This document shows positions 30,033-39,629 of a DNA stretch of 64,000 nucleotides, one piece after another. A model generated the notes under the pieces. The model made no database searches, was not told the origin of the DNA, and saw only the letters and a program-made list of their open reading frames with translations. Position numbers and translations under genes: made by a program. How positions within the stretch are numbered: position 1 is the stretch's first letter; each line of letters begins with the position of its first letter. Origin of the DNA: Patescibacteria group bacterium UBA5147 (GTDB taxonomy: Bacteria; Patescibacteriota; Saccharimonadia; UBA4664); the NCBI GenBank assembly GCA_002415345.1, contig DHXV01000001.1, positions 248,907 through 312,906 of the forward strand, given 5' to 3'.

Positions 30033-30868
30033 GTTGGATCACTTCCTTTGGCAAGTCGGCCGACGATCATGGTGGTATCGTCAGGCAGCAATCCGTGGTC
30101 GGTCGTTACCCCGCCGGTCGGCGTGCGACGGGTTACGTCGCGGCCAATCAGTTTCAGGCGGCGGCTTAGCACGGCCGGATTGCGGAAAACCGCCTCATCC
30201 GTCCAGAATTGGGCTATGGGCCCAACCGGAACCGATGAACCGGGCAGGGGATGGCCCGCCAGTCTCAGCAGGTCGCAGGCTCCGTCCGTTCCAATGAGGA
30301 ACGATTGCAGCTGCGCCATGGAAACCTCGCGAACCAGTTCAAACCGCGGACCCTCCCCGGATAGTAGCCCATACCCCAGGTATGGCGGCTGATTTCCGGG
30401 AAACGGACCGAGTTCAATCACCTCGTCGTTAACTACGACGAGGCCGTCACCAACGGCGACGAAGCGAGCGGTTTGGGCGGTCATAACGCAGGCGACCAGC
30501 GTGAACAGGAAGTATTCCTGGACGTTGGCCTCGTAGCTGCCGCCCAGATTGCCGGCCAGCTGATGCAGACCGGCCAGGATATGGCGTTCAACCAGCCGCC
30601 AATCGACGGCTCCCTGGCGCTCTAACTGCCATTGGATGCTGCTGATAGCCAGCCTGGCGCCCAGCACTGCCCCAACCTCGCTCCGCGCGCTCGAACCACA
30701 ACCATCGGTAACGACGGCGACAGCGAAATCGGGCGTGCTGACGAAGGCGGAAGCGTCCTGAGAATTGCGCGGGATAACCCGGTGGTCACGGCCGATGACA
30801 CTGCCAGCGGCAAGTTCGAAACTCCGGAGATCCATGATGCCTCCCTTGGTAATGAGACTAAGTTTCAA
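30029..30868 (-). CDS. PP2C-family Ser/Thr protein phosphatase (likely start ATG at 30835 with an AAGGGAGG RBS)
   Basis: Metal-binding motifs VAVVTDGCGSS, VAVGDGLVV, GTDGACD. The track start is TTG. First gene of a four-gene coupled operon. Confidence 0.7.
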   Translation of the reverse strand: MKLSLITKGGIMDLRSFELAAGSVIGRDHRVIPRNSQDASAFVSTPDFAVAVVTDGCGSSARSEVGAVLGARLAISSIQWQLERQGAVDWRLVERHILAGLHQLAGNLGGSYEANVQEYFLFTLVACVMTAQTARFVAVGDGLVVVNDEVIELGPFPGNQPPYLGYGLLSGEGPRFELVREVSMAQLQSFLIGTDGACDLLRLAGHPLPGSSVPVGPIAQFWTDEAVFRNPAVLSRRLKLIGRDVTRRTPTGGVTTDHGLLPDDTTMIVGRLAKGSDPT

Positions 30869-30921
30869 TGAACCTTAGTTAATGTAGAATTAACAGTAAC
30901 TGTATTCAGTGTAGGACCACC

Positions 30922-30945
30922 TTAGTGTATTGTCAACACTATTAA
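30922..30945. promoter_or_regulatory. Palindromic operator TTAGTGTATTGTCAACACTATTAA upstream of the PP2C-kinase-pncA-vWA operon (candidate NrtR site). An adjacent ACAGTAACTGT palindrome lies at 30894-30904
   Basis: Near-identical to the nadE operator (TAGTGT-N7-ACACTA). ~90 nt upstream of the PP2C ATG. Confidence 0.5.
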
Positions 30946-30975
30946 TAATGCCTTACTTCATATGTATCTGGCGAA

Positions 30976-32172
30976 TTATTTCGAGACCGGGCCCAGGCGG
31001 TAAATGGCGTCATCCCCGGCGCGGGGCGTGCCGCGCCCGTCGCGGTTGGAAGTCAGCAGATACAACGCCCCGTCGGGTCCCTGTACCACTCCCCTCACCC
31101 GGCCGACGTTGACGTCCGCCAGCTTTTGGTTGGAGACGGTCTTGACCGGGTCGGTCTTATCGAAGATTACCCGGTATACACCCTCCCCCTTGAGCGCGGC
31201 AAAAAACAGGTTGCCGGTAAACTGCGGCAGGACCGAGCTGGTATAAAAGGTGGCCCCGCTGGGCGCCACGGCCGGCGTGTAAACCAGCAGCGGCGTCACA
31301 AAACGCGGGTCGGTCTGGGTATGGCTGATTACAGGCCACCCGTAATTGGCGCCTTTGATAATACGGTTGATTTCATCGCCGCCAGGCGCGCCGTCGGTGC
31401 CGGACGGGCCGTGTTCAGTGGCAAAGAGCTGATTGGTTCCCGGTTGCCAGGCCAATCCCTGCGAGTTGCGATGGCCTAAACTCCAAACTGGCGAGCCAGT
31501 GAACGGATTGTCAGTCGGAATACTGCCGTCCGAATTAATGCGCAGGATTTTGCCCGACAAGGCCGTCACCTGCTGCGCGCTCGACGGATTCATGGCGTCG
31601 CCAGTTGTTATATAGAGCTTCTTGTCGACCGGGCCAAAACTTAACTGGCAGCCGGCGTGGTTCTGGGCGGCCGGAATTCGATCGATTACCGTAGTGAGCG
31701 GCCCGATGGTTGTTATTCTATCCTCGAATTTGACTACCCGGTCGGTCAGAACACTGCCGCGAGCCATGGTGTAGCAGGCGTAGAGCAGTTTGTTCTTGGC
31801 GTAATCAGGATCCATCACCATCCCCATTGCCCCGCTCTCGCCCAGGCTCGTCACCTGGTCAAAGCGTGCCAAGGGTTCCGGCGCCAGCTTGCCGTCCTCA
31901 ATTACCCGAATCGTGCCGGGCCGCTCCGTCACCAGCCAGCGCGTCGGGCTCGCAAAGACCAGGCTCCATGGCACGTTGAGACCAGTGACCATTTGAGTCG
32001 CTGCGTAGGCGACAGAGGTCGGCTTAGGTTTAGGGGTAGTCGAAACCACCGGCCGCGGCAATAAACGGGTGGCTTCTTGTCGGGAGAGTACGTAGGCCCA
32101 GGCTGCCGCCGATAACAGGACTATTACCGCCAAACTTACACTCAGAGCTTTGCTGGTAACCCATTGCTTCAT
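30976..32172 (-). CDS. PQQ-dependent soluble sugar (glucose/sorbosone) dehydrogenase family protein, membrane-anchored
   Basis: 398 aa. N-terminal TM. Beta-propeller-type motifs GMVMDPDY and GANYGWP, typical of SGDH/YliI-family quinoproteins. Confidence 0.7.
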   Translation of the reverse strand: MKQWVTSKALSVSLAVIVLLSAAAWAYVLSRQEATRLLPRPVVSTTPKPKPTSVAYAATQMVTGLNVPWSLVFASPTRWLVTERPGTIRVIEDGKLAPEPLARFDQVTSLGESGAMGMVMDPDYAKNKLLYACYTMARGSVLTDRVVKFEDRITTIGPLTTVIDRIPAAQNHAGCQLSFGPVDKKLYITTGDAMNPSSAQQVTALSGKILRINSDGSIPTDNPFTGSPVWSLGHRNSQGLAWQPGTNQLFATEHGPSGTDGAPGGDEINRIIKGANYGWPVISHTQTDPRFVTPLLVYTPAVAPSGATFYTSSVLPQFTGNLFFAALKGEGVYRVIFDKTDPVKTVSNQKLADVNVGRVRGVVQGPDGALYLLTSNRDGRGTPRAGDDAIYRLGPVSK

Positions 32173-32276
32173 GAGCCTGACTCCCTTGATTCAACGCCTT
32201 GATTTCTGCCTTTAGTGTACGCTTTTACGGCGATATGCCAACCTGGCGAGCGCGGTTATCCGGTGTCCTTTCCGCT

Positions 32277-34175
32277 TTATATTTTTGATTTATTGAGCAG
32301 GAGAGAACTGGTTACCACGGATACCGAGCTAAAGGCCATGGCCAGACCTGCCAGAGCGGGATTCAGGACCAGCCCCACCGAGGCGAACACTCCGGCGGCA
32401 ATCGGGATGCCGGCCAGGTTGTAAACGAAGGCCCAGAACAAGTTGAGTTTAATCCGCGCGAAGGTGCGCTGGCTTAAGGTTAAAGCTCGCTGAACATCTT
32501 CCAAGTTGTTCTTGACCAGAACGATGCCGCCGGCTTCCATGGCTATGTCCGTGCCGGAGCCCATGGCGATACCAAGGTCTGCCATGGCCAGCGCCGGAGC
32601 GTCGTTAATGCCGTCACCCACAAAAGCCACCCGGCCGTGCTGTTGGAGCGCCTTGATGTGGTCCGCTTTCTCGCTCGGCAGGACTTGGGCAATTACCTCG
32701 GTTATGCCAACTTGCGCGGCAATAGCTTGAGCGGTGGCTTTATTGTCGCCGGTCAGCATAACCGGCTTGAAGCCGCGTTTCTGTAAATTTTGCATGGCAG
32801 ACAGAGCCATCGTTTTGGGCCTGTCCTGAACTGCCACGAGCCCAAGTATTTTTTTATCAAGGGCGACCAGCATGACGGTCTTACCCTGCTGTTCCAGCTC
32901 CGCAAGTTTGCCATCGTATCCGGTTGTCGAAATTCCCAGGTCGGCCATGAGCGCGCGGTTGCCGATAGCGGCGTCTTTGGCATTAATACTCCCCACGACG
33001 CCTTTGCCCTCGACGGCACGAAAATCCTTAGGCTTAACCAACTGCACATTTTCGGCCGCGGCTTTCTCAAGAATCGCCGAGGCCAGCGGGTGTTCGGACA
33101 ATGCCTCAAGCGCCGCCGCCAAAGCCAGGGTTGCTTCGGCTTCATCTGAGATGATATCGGTTACCACCGGCTTGCCTTCCGTAATAGTACCTGTCTTATC
33201 GAACACGATATATTTGATGTCGCGGGCCGATTCCAACACTTCCCCACTCTTAATCAGAATACCGAGACGCGCGCCGCGGCCGGTCCCGACCATCAAAGCC
33301 GTTGGCGTAGCTAGCCCCAAGGCACAGGGGCAGGCAATGACGATAACCGCCACGGCAAACAACAGCGCCTCGACAAAGCTGACCCCAAGCAGGACGAACC
33401 AGACATTAAAAGTAACGACCGCAATGATCAGGACCACCGGCACGAAGATGCCGGACACCTGGTCGGCAAGTTTTTGGATTGGCGCCCGGCTGGATTGGGC
33501 TTTGCGCACCAGCTCCACTATTTGCGACAGCAGGGTGTCGCTGCCAACCTTGGTAGCGGTAAAGGTTATGGCGCCGGTCTTGTTAATGGTGGAGCCAATT
33601 ACCCGGTCCCCGGCCTTTTTGGTCACCGGGAAGCTTTCGCCCGTTACCATCGACTCATCGATGGTGGTCGAACCGTCCTTAACCTCACCGTCAACGGCGA
33701 TCTTCTCTCCCGGCTTAACCAAGACCTGATCGCCGACCTTAACCTCCTCCAGTGGGACTTGTACTTCATTACCATCACGGATGACCGTGGCGTGCTTGGC
33801 CTGGAGGCCGACCAACTTCTCGATGGCGCTCGACGCCCGATTGCGCGTCAGGTCCTCAAACAGCTTGCCAAGCAGGATGAAGGTAATCAGCAGAGCCGCG
33901 ATTTCAAAGTACACTGCCTGCCCTACTCCCACGGCATAAACGCTGTAGATGTAAGCCACGCCCACCCCGAGGGCCACCAATGTATCCATGCTCGCTTGAC
34001 GGTGCTTAAAAGCCGACCAGGCACCACTAAAGAACGGGTAACCGCCAATTACGACCACCGGGGTTGCCAGTGCCCACATGGCCAGTTCGCCTCCAGGGAG
34101 CATCAATCCGAACATGGTCAGAGCCAGCGGCAGCGAAAACACCAGGCTGATGATGAACCGTATTTTCACGCTCAT
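32277..34175 (-). CDS. copA: Copper-translocating P1B-type ATPase (no N-terminal HMA domain)
   Basis: CPC motif (IACPCALGLATP), DKTGT phosphorylation site, GDGINDAP hinge. 632 aa. Confidence 0.9.
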   Translation of the reverse strand: MSVKIRFIISLVFSLPLALTMFGLMLPGGELAMWALATPVVVIGGYPFFSGAWSAFKHRQASMDTLVALGVGVAYIYSVYAVGVGQAVYFEIAALLITFILLGKLFEDLTRNRASSAIEKLVGLQAKHATVIRDGNEVQVPLEEVKVGDQVLVKPGEKIAVDGEVKDGSTTIDESMVTGESFPVTKKAGDRVIGSTINKTGAITFTATKVGSDTLLSQIVELVRKAQSSRAPIQKLADQVSGIFVPVVLIIAVVTFNVWFVLLGVSFVEALLFAVAVIVIACPCALGLATPTALMVGTGRGARLGILIKSGEVLESARDIKYIVFDKTGTITEGKPVVTDIISDEAEATLALAAALEALSEHPLASAILEKAAAENVQLVKPKDFRAVEGKGVVGSINAKDAAIGNRALMADLGISTTGYDGKLAELEQQGKTVMLVALDKKILGLVAVQDRPKTMALSAMQNLQKRGFKPVMLTGDNKATAQAIAAQVGITEVIAQVLPSEKADHIKALQQHGRVAFVGDGINDAPALAMADLGIAMGSGTDIAMEAGGIVLVKNNLEDVQRALTLSQRTFARIKLNLFWAFVYNLAGIPIAAGVFASVGLVLNPALAGLAMAFSSVSVVTSSLLLNKSKI

Positions 34176-34543
34176 TTCACCACCACCTTGCCGCTGAACA
34201 TCTGCATGCCGCAGGTATATTTGAATTCACCGGCCCGACTGGGATTGATAGTGATCTCCGTCTTTTCTCCTAGGGGTAACATCCTGGAAATACCGAAGTC
34301 CGGTAACAGTACCTCATCCAGACAACCCGATGGGTCCTGGCGGTTGAACACCAGCTTGGCCGGGACACCCGCCTTCAACTGGACGGTGCGCGGGAGGTAG
34401 CCGCCGTCCACCATGATTTCCACCGTCTGAACGCCGCCGACGTCCTCGGCCAGCTTGGCATCGTCCTCGCGCTTGCCGAAGAACCACCAGACGATGAACC
34501 CGATAGCCAGGAGTGAGGCTATGATCGAAATATATTTTTCCAT
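34172..34543 (-). CDS. Membrane-anchored cupredoxin-like domain protein
   Basis: N-terminal TM plus a ~100-aa domain ending ...KYTCGMQMFSGKVVVK. Homologous to the C-terminus of the 34798..35874 product. Coupled to copA (ATGA). Confidence 0.55.
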   Translation of the reverse strand: MEKYISIIASLLAIGFIVWWFFGKREDDAKLAEDVGGVQTVEIMVDGGYLPRTVQLKAGVPAKLVFNRQDPSGCLDEVLLPDFGISRMLPLGEKTEITINPSRAGEFKYTCGMQMFSGKVVVK

Positions 34544-34788
34544 GACGACCCTTTCTTGTCACTATTGTTAGCTAAGGTTTCCGGAGTTGCAATGTAGCCC
34601 ATGGCTGAAACAGCCTGAACAATGCCTTCCGGCGTCATTGCCTCTTCCAGATATTCGACCTTCATGGTTAATTTTTTAAAGTTAACGTCGACTTTTTGAA
34701 CGCCATCGAGGTCGTCTTCCATCCCTTCAAGATGCATGACGCAGGAGGAGCAACTGAGGTTTTGTAATTTGAAGTGTTGGGTAGCCAT
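34519..34788 (-). CDS. copZ: Copper chaperone CopZ (HMA domain)
   Basis: MxCxxC metal-binding motif (LSCSSCVMHLE). 89-aa track ORF; the core domain is ~70 aa. Confidence 0.75.
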   Translation of the reverse strand: MATQHFKLQNLSCSSCVMHLEGMEDDLDGVQKVDVNFKKLTMKVEYLEEAMTPEGIVQAVSAMGYIATPETLANNSDKKGSSWKNIFRS

Positions 34789-34797
34789 AACGTTTTC

Positions 34798-35874
34798 CTA
34801 TTTAACGACAATCTGGGCGTTATACATGCCCATGGTGCAGGTCAGATGGATCCGTCCCGGCTGCTGCGCCGGCAGTTCAAGCGTATCCGTGCCGGTGGCC
34901 GCAAATACCCTCTGGATACCCAGGGATGTGATAACCAGCGCCCGGGCACAGCTCTGAACGTTTGCGGTCGTTACCTTGAGCTTGATGGGTTGCCCGGCTT
35001 TGGCCTCCATCACCGCCGGTGTATAGGCCGCGTCGGTGATGTTCATCACCACTTCGTTATCCACACTGGCCGGAGCAGCCTCAACGCCCTGGCTCTGTGC
35101 CTCCAGGCCGGATTGACGGGCGTTCTTCAGACTCGTGGCGAGAGTTTGCTTGATAGCGGCCGACGACAACGGTGAACCTACCAGGTTGAGCCCGCCATCA
35201 ATCGCCAGCAGACCCAGAATGAGCACCGCCACCCCGGCAAACTTCCAGAACCGGTCCTGCAGCTTGGCGCCAAGCTTGGTGGCAAGGTAGGCCAGAGTAA
35301 AGAAAACCGGTGTCGTCCCAAGCACGAATGCAAACATAATCAGCGCCCCGGACACCGGGCTGCCGCTGGCAATCGCCAGAGCCATCATCGCCTGGGTAAT
35401 GCCGCAGGGTATGAGCACCGTGAGAGCCCCTAAGAAGGTCGGCGCCAACCAATTATCATTGGAGTTTTTAGTTTTTCGTCTGATGTAGCGTGTAACCGCC
35501 TTGGGCGGCTCAATGGCAAAGTGGCGAAAGAACGGGTGGACGTTTAAGAGGCGCAGGGCCGTTCCGACCATAAAAATCCCGATGGCGATCTGCAAGAACG
35601 CCCGCATTATCGGGGTTAGTTGCAACACCGAGCCAAGCCAGCCCAGAGCCAGTCCCAAAATGGTGTAGGCGACCAACTTTGAACTCAGAAACAGCAGTAT
35701 CGGGGTCGCAAGACGTGGCTCCTTGAAGGCCGGCGCGCCGGATTTTAGCTTATTAGTGATAGTGTCTTCGGTCTTGCCGACTAGCGAGCTGGCGAGCATG
35801 CCACCCTGAACGGCCAGGCAGCTCAAACCGCCAGTTGTCAGGCCGGTAGCGAATATTAAGGCTAAGTTAGCCAT
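34798..35874 (-). CDS. Polytopic membrane permease (TauE/DsbD-like topology) fused to a C-terminal cupredoxin-like domain
   Basis: 8 predicted TM helices. The C-terminal ~100 aa (...GRIHLTCTMGMYNAQIVVK) are paralogous to the 34172..34543 product. Strong AGGAGAG RBS. Confidence 0.55.
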   Translation of the reverse strand: MANLALIFATGLTTGGLSCLAVQGGMLASSLVGKTEDTITNKLKSGAPAFKEPRLATPILLFLSSKLVAYTILGLALGWLGSVLQLTPIMRAFLQIAIGIFMVGTALRLLNVHPFFRHFAIEPPKAVTRYIRRKTKNSNDNWLAPTFLGALTVLIPCGITQAMMALAIASGSPVSGALIMFAFVLGTTPVFFTLAYLATKLGAKLQDRFWKFAGVAVLILGLLAIDGGLNLVGSPLSSAAIKQTLATSLKNARQSGLEAQSQGVEAAPASVDNEVVMNITDAAYTPAVMEAKAGQPIKLKVTTANVQSCARALVITSLGIQRVFAATGTDTLELPAQQPGRIHLTCTMGMYNAQIVVK

Positions 35875-35917
35875 TTATCTCTCCTAATTAATTACCGAGT
35901 ACGTAATTAGGAGTGAT

Positions 35918-36283
35918 TCATTCCAAATAGTTGACGTATAGACTGACGAGGTTGGGTGACGGCCTCGGCCTGGCGGCATATATCATAAAAATCAATGCCA
36001 GAAGCGCGGGTAAGACTAAACTCACAACTTGAGCTACGGCGGCGTTCAGTAATTGCCCTGTCTGCTGGATAACCGGCAGAACATTATGGATTGGCACGTT
36101 TGACAGGCAGCTACTCAAGCAATCGGCACTGCCGTGCTGCATCATCACAGTATGGTCGCCAGTGATCTGCATAGTAATGGCCACAAAACCGGTCAGGCTC
36201 AGTGGGATGGTGATTAGAATTGCCGCGACCAGGCGCGTTACTCGGTTCATAACACCATTATACCCTAATACGATTCGGGTCAA
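35918..36283 (-). CDS. Small membrane protein, hypothetical
   Basis: 121 aa with 2 TM helices and several Cys (CLSSC). 4-nt overlap with the upstream gene. Confidence 0.35.
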   Translation of the reverse strand: MTRIVLGYNGVMNRVTRLVAAILITIPLSLTGFVAITMQITGDHTVMMQHGSADCLSSCLSNVPIHNVLPVIQQTGQLLNAAVAQVVSLVLPALLALIFMIYAARPRPSPNLVSLYVNYLE

Positions 36284-38499
36284 ATTAAACCGATAAGCAG
36301 CGAAGTTCCCTCGTAAGCCCCCAGGGTGAGCTTAATTTGGTGCTTTTTATCAATTGTGCCCAACGGTTGGTCGCTGAACATGTCGGTTACGACGGCGTAA
36401 AGCGGAAAATAACCTGAAGCGACGGTAGTCGTAAGCTGCTTGTCGGAGAAGTTGAGGACCGTCGCCTGAAGCGGCCCGTCAGAAGTTTTGCGATGAACCA
36501 TTATCAGGACTGCCTTGTTATCGGGCTCAGGAATATCGATTTGATAGGCGGTATCAATGGCGTAGGCCGCCCGGACCGCCAGAACATGCTTCAGTCGGTT
36601 GGCAAAGGAGTTATCGTCGGCCAATTGATCAGGGAGCGTGCCGTAGAGGGCCTTGGCCTTGGGCATTCCCGTTGAAGAGGCATGCGCGGCCAAGTTTTGA
36701 CCCATCAGGTCGTAGGCCCCACGGTTGATCCACCGTGTGTCGCCGTCGGCGATGAGGCTGTCCACCTGGGTGGCGGGCAACGTAAACGCCCCGGTCAGGT
36801 CCCAGCCCGACAGGGCAAAGACTCCGGGCTGCAAGGCGTTGAACATCACCAGCAGCAAATGGGCCTGGCGGATTCGCTCGATATCGCCGGCCTCAAGTTC
36901 CTCCACCGACCCGTAGCCAAGAATGGCGGCAATCGCGCTGGTAGTGGTGCAGGCGATACCGTTCTCGGTAAACAACAGGTTATAAGGAGTCTTTGGAGAG
37001 ACGATTGCCCGGCGCAAGTCACTGCGGATAATCTCGCGCAACTCTCCGCCCTTCACCGAATAGCCGTGGTAATTGTAGTCATCATCTTGGTGGTGGTGCC
37101 AGAAATGCACCAGTTCATATGTTAAGTCATCGTGATTTTGAAGGGCGTGTACCAGAGAGGCTGGGTCGATGCCTAGTTCAAGGGAAGTTCGCAGCGTCAG
37201 GCGCAAGAATTCGGTATCGGCCGTCGCCAGGGCGTGATGATAAGCCGGGCGGTTGATGAAGTCATACGAGAGGTCAGTGCCGCCGTCAGCCATCGAGGCT
37301 ATATCCTCAAAGGACAGGTTGAGTTCCTGGAAGGTAAAACCGCCCAGTTTGCGGACCATGCCGGCAATCAACTGGTTGGCAGCTTTGGAAAGCGGATGCC
37401 CCTCCGACCAGGCGGCCTCGCTGCCACCTCCCACCTCAACGCCCAGAAAGCCGTTGGCATCCAGACGCAAGCCCGTGGACCCCAATTCCCCCAGCGAGTG
37501 GAGCGCGTCCCCTACCACCACCTGCATGCCGGCAAACGACGGGTCGAGCCAGTTTATAGTCGGCTGTCCCGCCTTGAAATAGTGCAGGTAGACCCACCGG
37601 CGTTTCACACCGTCGACGCCGCGAACGGGCTTGGTGGCGCTCCAGTTGGTTTCTTTGACGCCGGGCTCAAAGAAAATGACCCGCCGGAACTTGCCGACAA
37701 TATAGCCGGCCTCTTTAATGGCCGTCTCATGGCCCTGACTGAGGTTGGCCGAGTCGCGGCCGGCGGGTACCTTCGGCAGCATTCCCCAGTCCTCTCTTTT
37801 GATCTCAATCATGTGGTAGATGCCAGGGTAATTGCCGTACCCCATTTCCGCCAAGCGGAAATCCGCACCCTTGCCCGTATGACCGGGGATAATATCGTCA
37901 AGAATAATTCCACCGTAGCTAGCCGCGACCTTGCACATAGCTTTAAACTCGGCCTCGCTGCCAAACAGCGGGTCAATACGGGTGCTGATACGGTCAAAGT
38001 GCCCGTCGATACTTGGCGTAGCTTTCCAGCCGTCCAAGCCGCCGGCCTCCTTGACCGGACCGGTATGTAGCGCCGTGATGCCGATCTGCTCAAAGGCACG
38101 CCACATCCGCTCATCCCCTAAGGTATCTATTATGGAGCCGCCGCTGCGCGTGATAGTCGATATCGGATAAGAGGTATACCAAACGGAGGCCTGCTCCAAA
38201 GCTGCCCGGGGCCGGGATCGGGCGTACGGTTTCTGCCACATCACCCCTTGGCCGGAGTATTTCAGAGCCTGTTTCCTGGCGCGTGCCAGCATCGATTTCG
38301 CTTCCAGCCACTTGAGATAATAGGCATTAGAAAAGTTTGCGAATCCAAGGTGCTGGGTAAGCAAGTTGGCGGTGTCGACCCGTTTGTAAACTATGGAGTA
38401 GGCTTTCTCCAACAATTGCTCCGGCCGTGCCGGAAAAAAACTCTCAGAAAAAGAGCGCCTGGTTGGTTTGGGTGGGGTGATGTCGCGTTTCATACTCAA
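36280..38499 (-). CDS. Glycoside hydrolase family 13-like (alpha-amylase superfamily) enzyme
   Basis: 739 aa. GH13 region II-like GLRLDANGF and [11 protein letters not shown]. Precise specificity is not assignable by eye. Confidence 0.55.
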   Translation of the reverse strand: MSMKRDITPPKPTRRSFSESFFPARPEQLLEKAYSIVYKRVDTANLLTQHLGFANFSNAYYLKWLEAKSMLARARKQALKYSGQGVMWQKPYARSRPRAALEQASVWYTSYPISTITRSGGSIIDTLGDERMWRAFEQIGITALHTGPVKEAGGLDGWKATPSIDGHFDRISTRIDPLFGSEAEFKAMCKVAASYGGIILDDIIPGHTGKGADFRLAEMGYGNYPGIYHMIEIKREDWGMLPKVPAGRDSANLSQGHETAIKEAGYIVGKFRRVIFFEPGVKETNWSATKPVRGVDGVKRRWVYLHYFKAGQPTINWLDPSFAGMQVVVGDALHSLGELGSTGLRLDANGFLGVEVGGGSEAAWSEGHPLSKAANQLIAGMVRKLGGFTFQELNLSFEDIASMADGGTDLSYDFINRPAYHHALATADTEFLRLTLRTSLELGIDPASLVHALQNHDDLTYELVHFWHHHQDDDYNYHGYSVKGGELREIIRSDLRRAIVSPKTPYNLLFTENGIACTTTSAIAAILGYGSVEELEAGDIERIRQAHLLLVMFNALQPGVFALSGWDLTGAFTLPATQVDSLIADGDTRWINRGAYDLMGQNLAAHASSTGMPKAKALYGTLPDQLADDNSFANRLKHVLAVRAAYAIDTAYQIDIPEPDNKAVLIMVHRKTSDGPLQATVLNFSDKQLTTTVASGYFPLYAVVTDMFSDQPLGTIDKKHQIKLTLGAYEGTSLLIGLI

Positions 38500-38819
38500 A
38501 GAAGTTTATCCTGCCGCGGTACTCGAGGCAAGGAATTTACGGCCTCCTGAAACGCCGCCTCACCAACCCCTATCTCCAACGTCTTATACCGCGAAGTCCA
38601 GCCCTTCACCACTGATATCTGGCTCTTGGCTATACCTAGCCAACCGGCCAGCACCACGACGAGCCGCTCATTGGCCGCGCCCTCAACCGGCGGCGCTGCA
38701 ACGACAGCAATCAGCTGGACGCCGTCCCAACCCAACGACTCCCGCTGACGGCCTGGTTTTACGAAAGCATGGACTTGCATACTCCTATTATAGGCCTTCG
38801 GCGACGAGGTAATTTCCAA
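38496..38819 (-). CDS. DUF167/YggU-family protein (likely start at Met MQVHAFV..., ~38782)
   Basis: [20 protein letters not shown]...[31 protein letters not shown] matches the UPF0235 pattern. Confidence 0.5.
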   Translation of the reverse strand: MEITSSPKAYNRSMQVHAFVKPGRQRESLGWDGVQLIAVVAAPPVEGAANERLVVVLAGWLGIAKSQISVVKGWTSRYKTLEIGVGEAAFQEAVNSLPRVPRQDKLL

Positions 38820-38847
38820 CTTCGGGCGGAAGCGTCATAATGGAGGC

Positions 38848-39096
38848 ATGAACCAAAGTTTCACCAAGGATAAATCCGGGAAGGTCGTGCTGTGGCAAGC
38901 GCCCAACCGGGCCTTACTGGGCTGGGCGGCTTTCGCGCTGTTGAGCTATCTCACGCACTCGCAGCTGCTGGGTTTGATTGGCACCACGTTCCTTTTGGCC
39001 TGGGCATTTTTGGAATTATTCCAGGGGGTGAATTATTTTCGACGCCTGCTGGGCCTGATCATTTTGATTTTTATTATCCGCTCACTATTCAGATAA
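38848..39096 (+). CDS. Small membrane protein, hypothetical
   Basis: 82 aa with 2 TM helices. Confidence 0.35.
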   Translation: MNQSFTKDKSGKVVLWQAPNRALLGWAAFALLSYLTHSQLLGLIGTTFLLAWAFLELFQGVNYFRRLLGLIILIFIIRSLFR

Positions 39097-39230
39097 TCGA
39101 ATTCGCTTGAAACAATCCAGATGGACGGCGGAACCAGAAATGACGAGGCCCGGACGCGCTATTCTTAATGTAAATGATTTACATTAATGATAATTCTGAT
39201 TATACTGGAATTTAGAAAGGGTTAAATCAC

Positions 39231-39629
39231 GTGCAGCCACAGACCGTTAAACAGCGGCAGACGAAATATTGCGACGCCATTGAGGATACACTTTCGCGGC
39301 TCGGTCACGCCACGAACTCGGAACTGTTGCAGTTCATCAGAACAAGCTTCCCGGAAGTGAGCGCCACCACCGTACATCGTGCCACTACCCGTCTCGCCGA
39401 ACGCGGAACTATCGGGATCGCCCCCGCCGCTCGTGACGGATCGATGCGTTACGACACCAATGTTGCGCCGCATGATCACTTTATGTGCAACCAATGCGGG
39501 GTGATACGCGACACGGACGTCATTGACCGCGTTAAGCCGATACTAGAACAATCAATCGCCGGATGCGCCATTGAGGGCCGCCTCACCATCAGCGGCATAT
39601 GTAAACAATGCAGGGAGAAACATTCGTGA
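39231..39629 (+). CDS. Fur-family transcriptional regulator (PerR/Fur-like)
   Basis: HDHFMCNQCG ... CKQC motifs. 132 aa. GTG start with a GAAAGGG RBS. Confidence 0.75.
   Translation: MQPQTVKQRQTKYCDAIEDTLSRLGHATNSELLQFIRTSFPEVSATTVHRATTRLAERGTIGIAPAARDGSMRYDTNVAPHDHFMCNQCGVIRDTDVIDRVKPILEQSIAGCAIEGRLTISGICKQCREKHS

Noticed and set aside
34172-34176. Possible 1-nt discrepancy between my line-based indexing and the track at the copA start
   Set aside because: Track coordinates are internally consistent (372-nt ORF), so I adopted them. Self-derived coordinates for repeats, operators and terminators elsewhere may therefore be off by +/-1.
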